Source: Beijerinckiaceae bacterium
GTDB taxonomy: Bacteria > Pseudomonadota > Alphaproteobacteria > Rhizobiales > Beijerinckiaceae
Reading direction: 5' to 3'
DNA: 64,000 bases
Assembly: GCA_051646285.1 (NCBI GenBank)
Contig: JBOFCU010000324.1
Coordinates: forward strand, 8,407 to 72,406
Shown here: positions 57,733-64,000 of the stretch, piece after piece
How the letters are laid out: every line of letters starts with the position of its first letter
How positions within the stretch are numbered: the stretch's first letter is position 1
The notes under the pieces: generated by a model
Told to the model about the DNA's origin: nothing
Database searches by the model: none
What the model saw: only the letters and a program-made list of their open reading frames with translations
Made by a program: the position numbers and the translations under genes

Positions 57733-60075
57733 TCACATAGCGCCATGTCTTTTTGCCGGCTGTCTTTTTTGTTGCGTCGTGTATTCTGGCTCAGTGAGCA
57801 GTGCCCGAACAACTTCAGCCGTTGATGGCGGACTGAACAGGAAGCCCTGCACTTCGTCGACAGTGCCACTCTCGGAGAGAATGGCCAGCTGTTCATAGGT
57901 TTCCACGCCTTCAATCACAACCGTCATGCCAAGGTCAGCACTGAGCTGTGTCACGCCGAGCAACAGTTTTTTAGCGCGCATGTCCGTTTCAACATTGCGC
58001 AGGAAGGAGCGATCAATCTTGACTTTGTTGAGCGGGAGATTTTGCAGATGACTCAGGCTTGAATAGCCTGTCCCAAAATCATCGAGCGCCGTGCGCACAC
58101 CCATGGCGCGCAGGCGATGCAGGACATCGACCGTGGCCTGCATGTCATGCAGCAATGCCGATTCCGTCACTTCAATTTCCAGACGGTGAGGCGCAAGCCC
58201 GGCATTTTTCAAGGTGCGCCCGATGACCTCGACAACATCGGACCGCTGCAATTGAACCGGCGACAAATTCACCGATACATTGGTGCTTACAGGCCAGCGT
58301 GCACATTCTTCACACGCCTTGCGCAAAATCTGTTCGCCGATCTCGAGGATCATGCCGTTTTCTTCGGACAAGGGAATGAACGTTGCCGGAGAAATCATCC
58401 CCTTGGCCGGATGAACCCACCGTGCAAGGGCTTCGCAAACTGTGATGGTGTTGCGCCGGATATTGTAGAGCGGCTGAAAAAATGGCTCAAACGCGTCAGC
58501 CTTGATTGCTGCGCGCATATCCAGTTCAAGCGCACGCCGGGCCTGGGCACGCTCGTCCATCTCCATTTCAAAGAAGTTGAATGCCTTGCGTCCGCTGGCT
58601 TTGGCGCGGGACAGCGCCATATCGGCTTTCTTGAACAAAATATCCACGGTTTGCCCGTCGCGCGGCGCAAGCGCGATACCAATGGATGCGCTGACGATAA
58701 TCTCCTGGCCGTCAATCACGCATGGCGCGGCCAGCGTTTCAATAATGCGACCAGCCAAGGTCGATGCATCATCTTGTGACGTGCAATGGCGTTGCAGAAT
58801 GACAAATTCGTCTCCGGCAAACCGGGCGACTGTATCATGGGTGCGCAATTGGGAGCGAATACGGTCAGCCACTTCAAACAGCAGGGCATCACCGATAGCA
58901 TGACCCAATGTGTCATTCACATCCTTGAAATTGTCGACATCGACAAACAGGATGGCAAATGGGTCATCCTTGCGGTTGCCATGCAAAACCGCGTCGACCA
59001 TCTCTTGAAAATGCCCACGGTTTGGCAGCCCCGTTAGCGTATCATATCGTGTGATATGCGCGAGCCGCGCCTGTGCTTCTGCCTTTGCCGTTATGTCTTC
59101 CAGCATTGTCAAGAAGCCGCCATTGGTCAGGCGCTCTGACGAAATATCGAAGATGTGGCCGGCGAATGAAATGCCTGTGCGGTGTTCGGCATCCAGTCCT
59201 GGTGCGGGCGGGCCGAGGGCTTCGGCAACGGTCCTGCGCTGATCAGATGTAATACGCCCGCTAACGACATATTCATCGAGCATATTTTCCAGCGACCAGC
59301 CGAAGCGTGACAGGCCAGGATCGACGCCCATGAATTGCGCCCAGCGCGAGTTTGAAACGACCAGATGGCCGGTCTCGTCAAACATGCTCATGCCGTGCGG
59401 GAGATTGCTGAGCGCTGCATCAAACCGGTTCGCCAGCACGCTGGCTTCATGGGATGAAAAGACCGCATCAAAAAACAGCTTGCGCAATTTTTCGGTGTTG
59501 CGCCCAACACTGAACATGAATGGCACGATAAACGCGGACAAGATGTAGTGATGGATTTCACCGCTGATCAGCAGGCCCATCACGAATGGAATAAACAGGC
59601 ACCAGACCTGCCAGCGCACCAGCCTTGCACTGGTAAAATTGCGGCCGATCACACCCATGCACATGGATACTGCGAGCATGGCGCAAAGCAGCTGGCCGAA
59701 CTCATTGTTCGTGAATCCAAAAACAATAAAGCAGGTCAGGCCGATCAGCAGCATGCTCAGTGAGGCACAGGTCTCATAGAGCCGCTCCCACATGGCGCAG
59801 GCTGCTGCAGTGCTTGGCTTGGCCGGCAATGCGGCGTAGCGGCGAAACTGCCTGTAGCGCGCTATGTTGAGCACGACGGTCAGCAGCAGAATGGTGCCGA
59901 TGGCATAGTTATACGTCGAATAGAAAGTCAGGGCTGTAACGGCGATTGTCGAGACGGCGCCCGCCAAAAATGTCTGCACGTCTGAAAACAGCATATCAAC
60001 GAGTTTGGCCCTGCTCTCTTTCGGCAGCAGTAACCCGCTTATCTGGTTCCGGTCGGGGGCGGTTATCATTGTCAT
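57733..60075 (-). CDS. Membrane-anchored PAS-GGDEF-EAL protein (GGDEF motif reads AGDEF)
   Basis: ORF 57733-60147 (GTG). The ATG at 60075 is preferred. About 5-6 N-terminal hydrophobic helices and a PAS-like segment. The cyclase motif is RFAGDEFVIL. The EAL domain is intact (EALARW, DDFGTGYSSL). Confidence 0.88.
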   Translation of the reverse strand: MTMITAPDRNQISGLLLPKESRAKLVDMLFSDVQTFLAGAVSTIAVTALTFYSTYNYAIGTILLLTVVLNIARYRQFRRYAALPAKPSTAAACAMWERLYETCASLSMLLIGLTCFIVFGFTNNEFGQLLCAMLAVSMCMGVIGRNFTSARLVRWQVWCLFIPFVMGLLISGEIHHYILSAFIVPFMFSVGRNTEKLRKLFFDAVFSSHEASVLANRFDAALSNLPHGMSMFDETGHLVVSNSRWAQFMGVDPGLSRFGWSLENMLDEYVVSGRITSDQRRTVAEALGPPAPGLDAEHRTGISFAGHIFDISSERLTNGGFLTMLEDITAKAEAQARLAHITRYDTLTGLPNRGHFQEMVDAVLHGNRKDDPFAILFVDVDNFKDVNDTLGHAIGDALLFEVADRIRSQLRTHDTVARFAGDEFVILQRHCTSQDDASTLAGRIIETLAAPCVIDGQEIIVSASIGIALAPRDGQTVDILFKKADMALSRAKASGRKAFNFFEMEMDERAQARRALELDMRAAIKADAFEPFFQPLYNIRRNTITVCEALARWVHPAKGMISPATFIPLSEENGMILEIGEQILRKACEECARWPVSTNVSVNLSPVQLQRSDVVEVIGRTLKNAGLAPHRLEIEVTESALLHDMQATVDVLHRLRAMGVRTALDDFGTGYSSLSHLQNLPLNKVKIDRSFLRNVETDMRAKKLLLGVTQLSADLGMTVVIEGVETYEQLAILSESGTVDEVQGFLFSPPSTAEVVRALLTEPEYTTQQKRQPAKRHGAM

Positions 60076-60302
60076 TTTAGCCCGGCTTGGCGCATGACGG
60101 TTTTGCGTCAGATGGACAAAATTTGCCTTGAGAAAGTTGCGTTTCACTTAAGGAAAGTGAAGTTTTTCGTGCGAATTTGTGGTGTAATTGCGCGTTACAG
60201 GTGTGGTTCACCGATACGTTTCTGAAGCATCTGCGGCGTCAGATCAGGCCCATATCCGCAAGCCTCTGTCAGTGCTTGATTATTTCTGAGCCACGCTGTC
60301 AG

Positions 60303-61121
60303 TCACCGGCTGGCGGCCATGCTGATGGCCTCGACAGCTCGCCGCAATGCGGGAAGAAATTTTTCGCGCATGGTTTGTGCGGATACGCGCGCGGCCTGCG
60401 CACTGATGTTGATGGCCAGATGCGGACCGCGCGGGCCTTCACTCACGGGCACGGCAATCGACCGGAGCCCGATTTCCAATTCGTCCGACACCAGGGCAAA
60501 GCCATTGGCGCGAATGTCTGCCAGACGGGCGCGCATCGCCGGCGCTGCCGTGATGGTCTCGCCGGTGTAAGGTTTCAGCGCCGTTTGAGCCAGATATTGA
60601 TCCAGTTCGCGCGGGTGAAGCTGCGCCAGCAGCACCTGCCCCATCGAGGTCGCATGCGCAGGCAGCCGGGTGCCGACAGCGAGCGTGACTGACATGATGC
60701 GATGCATGGCAGGTGAGCGGGCAACATAAATGATATCGCTGCCATCCAGCATGGCGGCCGAAGCGGATTCTTCGGTTTCGCGGGTCAAATCCACTAAGAC
60801 CTCGCGCACGATTTCAAGCTGGCTCAAGCCGGACAGAAACGTCTGCCCAATCGTGAGGATCGCCGGCGTGAGTTCAAAATTTTTGCCATCGGACCGGGCC
60901 AGCCCCATGCTGGTCAGGGTCAGCAAAAACCGGCGTGCTGCGGCACGCGTCAGGCCAGTTTGTGCGGCCACATCGGTGATGGTTTGCGACCGCTGCCCAT
61001 CAAAGCTGCGGATGACATCCAGTCCGCGCCGGAAGGATTCGACCGTTTCATCTCTTGGCACTGTGTTCCCCACTGGTTTTGCGATGGCCTGTTCAGCGCG
61101 TGGCGCTCCAAATGTTCGCAT
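60303..61121 (-). CDS. pcaR: IclR-family regulator of the beta-ketoadipate genes
   Basis: ORF 60303-61130 (TTG). The ATG at 61121 is preferred. IclR HTH (TITDVAAQTGLTRAAARRFLLTL) plus an effector domain. Divergent from pcaIJF. Confidence 0.85.
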   Translation of the reverse strand: MRTFGAPRAEQAIAKPVGNTVPRDETVESFRRGLDVIRSFDGQRSQTITDVAAQTGLTRAAARRFLLTLTSMGLARSDGKNFELTPAILTIGQTFLSGLSQLEIVREVLVDLTRETEESASAAMLDGSDIIYVARSPAMHRIMSVTLAVGTRLPAHATSMGQVLLAQLHPRELDQYLAQTALKPYTGETITAAPAMRARLADIRANGFALVSDELEIGLRSIAVPVSEGPRGPHLAINISAQAARVSAQTMREKFLPALRRAVEAISMAASR

Positions 61122-61151
61122 ATCGAACAATTATGTGATTATGCGAACATT
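61111..61151. promoter_or_regulatory. 12-17-12 perfect inverted repeat in the pcaR/pcaI divergent region (candidate PcaR operator)
   Basis: aatgttcgcata (61111-61122) and tatgcgaacatt (61140-61151). The left arm overlaps the pcaR start codon. An inner palindrome gttcg-catat-cgaac is also present (61114-61128). Confidence 0.5.
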
Positions 61152-61248
61152 CTATTGACCTGTTTGGCTGCTTGACGCAAGAGGATGTCAATGAATGGGA
61201 GCCGCCGCATCAAGGGTGGCCATGGGACTGACAAGGGAAACGCAGATC

Positions 61249-61932
61249 ATGATCAACAAAATCCAGCCATCCATCGAGGCCGCCGTGGCTGATATCAAGG
61301 ATGGCGCTACCATTCTGGTTGGCGGGTTCGGCACAGCCGGTATGCCGTTTGCGCTGGTCGATGCCCTGATTGCGCAAGGCGCGCGCGATCTGACCATCGT
61401 GTCCAACAATGCCGGCAATGCCGAGGCCGGGCTTGCGGCTCTGCTCAAAGCCAAGCGCGTGCGCAAGATCATCTGTTCGTTCCCGCGCCAGACGGATTCG
61501 TGGGTTTTTGACGGGCTTTATCGCGCCGGTGAAATCGAGCTTGAGGTTGTGCCACAGGGCAATCTGGCCGAGCGCATGCGTGCAGCGGGCGCTGGTATCG
61601 GCGCTTTTTTCTGCCCGACAGGCTATGGCACGCTGCTGGCCGGTGATCGTGAAACCCGCACCATCAACGGCAAGAATTATGTGCTCGAATATCCGATCCA
61701 TGGCGATGTGGCGCTGATCAAGGCGCTGAAGGGCGACCGTTGGGGCAACCTGATTTATCGTAAAACTGCCCGCAACTTCGGCCCGGTGATGGCGATGGCG
61801 GCCAAAACCACCATTGTAGAAGTTGACGATATCGTGGAGCTCGGCGCGCTCGATCCTGAAGCGGTGGTGACGCCGGGCATTTTTGTGCAACGTGTTGTGC
61901 CTGTTGCAGCCATCCAGAAACAAGCCGCCTGA
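61249..61932 (+). CDS. pcaI: 3-oxoadipate CoA-transferase subunit A
   Basis: ORF 61195-61932. The ATG at 61249 is preceded by AAGGGAAA. Sequence MINKIQPSIEAAVADIKDGATILVGGFG. Confidence 0.9.
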   Translation: MINKIQPSIEAAVADIKDGATILVGGFGTAGMPFALVDALIAQGARDLTIVSNNAGNAEAGLAALLKAKRVRKIICSFPRQTDSWVFDGLYRAGEIELEVVPQGNLAERMRAAGAGIGAFFCPTGYGTLLAGDRETRTINGKNYVLEYPIHGDVALIKALKGDRWGNLIYRKTARNFGPVMAMAAKTTIVEVDDIVELGALDPEAVVTPGIFVQRVVPVAAIQKQAA

Positions 61933-61954
61933 GCGGACATTGAGGGACACTTCC

Positions 61955-62611
61955 ATGAAAAAGCTGACACGCGAAGAGATGGCGGCCCGCGTCGCCCAGG
62001 ATATTCCCAACGGAGCGTTTGTGAATCTCGGCATCGGCTTGCCGACGCTGGTGGCCGATTATTTACCGAAGGACCGTGAAATCATTCTTCACACGGAAAA
62101 TGGCCTGCTCGGCATGGGCCCATCACCGGCCAAGGGGCAAGAAGACTGGGACCTGATCAACGCTGGCAAACAGGCCGTGACTGCCCTGCCAGGCGCGGCG
62201 TATTTTCATCATGCCGATTCATTTGCCATGATGCGCGGCGGCCATCTGGATTTCTGCGTGCTAGGCGCATTTCAGGTGTCGCAAAAAGGCGATCTCGCGA
62301 ACTGGCATACGGGCGCGAAGGATGCCATCCCTGCCGTTGGCGGCGCGATGGATCTCGCCATAGGTGCCAAGAAAACCTTTGTGATGATGGAACATCTCAC
62401 CAAGGACGGCAAAAGCAAGCTGGTGCCTGAATGCACCTATCCGTTGACGGGGCAGGCCTGTGTCTCCCGCATCTATACAGATCTGGCCGTTCTCGACGTG
62501 TCGCAGGATGGATTTGTCGCGATTGAAATCGTGCCAGGGCTTTCGCTGGAAGAATTGGTGAAACTGAGCGGCGTCGCTATTCGCGATGGCCGGGCAAAAA
62601 TCGCCGCCTGA
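61955..62611 (+). CDS. pcaJ: 3-oxoadipate CoA-transferase subunit B
   Basis: ORF 61883-62611 with ATG at 61955. MKKLTREEMAARVAQDIPNGAFVNLGIGLPT, and the active-site Glu context HTENG. Confidence 0.9.
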   Translation: MKKLTREEMAARVAQDIPNGAFVNLGIGLPTLVADYLPKDREIILHTENGLLGMGPSPAKGQEDWDLINAGKQAVTALPGAAYFHHADSFAMMRGGHLDFCVLGAFQVSQKGDLANWHTGAKDAIPAVGGAMDLAIGAKKTFVMMEHLTKDGKSKLVPECTYPLTGQACVSRIYTDLAVLDVSQDGFVAIEIVPGLSLEELVKLSGVAIRDGRAKIAA

Positions 62612-62637
62612 AGTATCAAACACTGATGGAGATCATG

Positions 62638-63837
62638 ATGGACGCGTTTATCTGTGACTATGTGCGCACGCCGATTGGCCGCTTCGGCGGTTCCCTGTCT
62701 TCGGTGCGGGCTGACGATCTTGGCGCCGTGCCGATCAAGGCGCTGATGGCGCGCCATGCCAATCTCGACTGGTCGCAGATTGATGAGGTGTTTTACGGCT
62801 GCGCCAATCAGGCTGGCGAAGACAACCGCAACGTCGCACGCATGTCGGCCTTGCTGGCCGGGTTGCCTGTCGATGTTCCGGGCACGACGATCAACCGGCT
62901 GTGCGGTTCGGGCATGGATGCGGTGATTGCCGCTGCCCGCGGCATCAAGTCCGGGGAAATTGATATTGCCATTGCTGGCGGCGTGGAATCCATGTCACGC
63001 GCGCCCTTCGTCATGCCCAAGGCAGACAGCGCGTTTTCGCGCCATGCGGAAATTCACGATACGACTATCGGCTGGCGCTTCGTGAACCCGCTGATGAAAG
63101 CCCAGTATGGCGTCGATTCCATGCCGGAGACGGCTGAAAATGTCGCGGAAGATTTCAAGATTTCGCGGGAAGATCAGGACAAATTTGCGTTCAATTCGCA
63201 AAAGCGTGCGTCGGCGGCTGTGAAGAATGGTGTGTTCGATCGTGAAATCGTGCCAGTGACTATCCCGCAGCGCAAGGGTGATCCCGTGATCGTCGCTCGC
63301 GACGAGCATCCACGCGAAACAACCATCGAGGCCTTGAACAAGCTTGGAACGCCGTTCCGCAAGGGCGGCAGCGTGACTGCCGGCAATGCTTCCGGCGTGA
63401 ATGATGGCGCAGCGGCTTTGATTATTGCTTCGGAAGCGGCCGCCAAGAAATACGGACTGACTCCGATTGCGCGTATCCTTGGCGGTGCCTCAGCCGGTGT
63501 TGCGCCCCGCATCATGGGCTTCGGCCCCGCACCAGCGACGAAGAAGCTCTGTGCCCGCCTGGGTATCAAGCCGCAGGATTTCGATATCATCGAACTCAAT
63601 GAAGCCTTTGCCAGCCAGGGATTGGCGACTTTGCGCGATCTCGGAATCGCGGATGATGCCGCGCATGTGAATCCGAATGGCGGCGCGATTGCTCTTGGCC
63701 ATCCGCTTGGCATGTCCGGCGCCCGTATCGCCGGCACCGCAGCGCTTGAGCTGAAAGCCAAAGGCGGCAAGCTGGCATTGGCGACCATGTGCATTGGCGT
63801 CGGCCAAGGCATTGCCATTGCCATCGAGCGCGTGTGA
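62638..63837 (+). CDS. pcaF: 3-oxoadipyl-CoA thiolase
   Basis: ORF 62626-63837. Thiolase motifs (NRLCGSGMDA, NEAFASQ, GHPLGMSG, CIGVGQG). Exact start is among the ATGs at 62626, 62635 and 62638. Confidence 0.9.
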   Translation: MDAFICDYVRTPIGRFGGSLSSVRADDLGAVPIKALMARHANLDWSQIDEVFYGCANQAGEDNRNVARMSALLAGLPVDVPGTTINRLCGSGMDAVIAAARGIKSGEIDIAIAGGVESMSRAPFVMPKADSAFSRHAEIHDTTIGWRFVNPLMKAQYGVDSMPETAENVAEDFKISREDQDKFAFNSQKRASAAVKNGVFDREIVPVTIPQRKGDPVIVARDEHPRETTIEALNKLGTPFRKGGSVTAGNASGVNDGAAALIIASEAAAKKYGLTPIARILGGASAGVAPRIMGFGPAPATKKLCARLGIKPQDFDIIELNEAFASQGLATLRDLGIADDAAHVNPNGGAIALGHPLGMSGARIAGTAALELKAKGGKLALATMCIGVGQGIAIAIERV

Positions 63838-63856
63838 TTGCACCGACTGCCGACAC

Positions 63857-63888
63857 AATAAGCCCGCCTGTTGGCGGGCTTATTTTTT
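63857..63888. terminator. Rho-independent terminator after pcaF (shared with a convergent partial gene)
   Basis: Stem aataagcccgcc (63857-63868), loop tgtt, stem ggcgggcttatt (63873-63884), T-run to 63888. Confidence 0.8.
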
Positions 63889-64000
63889 GCTTCCGATTTT
63901 GTAAGGGCGCGGCACGGATGCCAGCAATCGCTCACGCACCCAGATATGGCGCGGATCATCCTGCGCGCGCCGGTGCCACGCCATGAACATGGTCAGCCCG
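63880..64000 (-). CDS. 3' end (last ~40 codons) of an unidentified gene entering from the right edge
   Basis: The minus-strand frame reads ...GLTMFMAWHRRAQDDPRHIWVRERLLASVPRPYKIGSKK, with stop TAA at 63882-63880 inside the terminator stem. Too short to assign. Confidence 0.3.
   Translation of the reverse strand, partial: GLTMFMAWHRRAQDDPRHIWVRERLLASVPRPYKIGSKK

Noticed and set aside
60143-60161. Hairpin ttcactt-aagga-aagtgaa followed by gttttt, resembling a plus-strand terminator.
   Set aside because: No plus-strand gene ends upstream of it. It lies in the leader of, or in the alternative GTG-start extension of, the minus-strand GGDEF-EAL gene. The stem is short and AT-rich, so its significance is unclear.

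Overview
64-kb high-GC chromosomal segment. Gene content and synteny look like an alphaproteobacterium of the order Hyphomicrobiales/Rhizobiales: glnB-glnA, tmk-holB-metG-tatD, dusB-ntrBC-ntrYX-hfq-hflX, ispDF, lipA, pcaR/pcaIJF. I support about 60 protein-coding genes, 2 tRNAs (Ser-TGA, Val-CAC), several rho-independent terminators, one REP-like nested palindromic element and a few candidate operators. I saw no transposase, integrase, phage gene, CRISPR array or recognisable defence gene, so most of the window is ordinary core genome. The best candidate for an undescribed system is a tightly packed four-gene operon at 14755-22212. It encodes a Ddl-like ATP-grasp ligase, an MFS transporter with a large two-domain periplasmic N-terminal extension, an orphan Tat-signal periplasmic binding protein, and a cytosolic PAS-GGDEF-EAL enzyme. 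Secondary leads are an orphan LuxI/FeeM-like acyl synthase beside a membrane AGDEF-EAL protein (56.7-60.1 kb), an orphan split TPP-dependent decarboxylase pair (53.97-55.15 kb), a sharply AT-rich in-frame codon patch inside mazG (36746-36810), and a tRNA-Ser wedged between a terminator and a CDS start. All functional calls come from reading the translated ORFs (motifs and family resemblance from memory). No database search was run. Start codons were often moved inward from the ORF-track maxima using signal peptides, SD-like motifs and stop/start overlaps.
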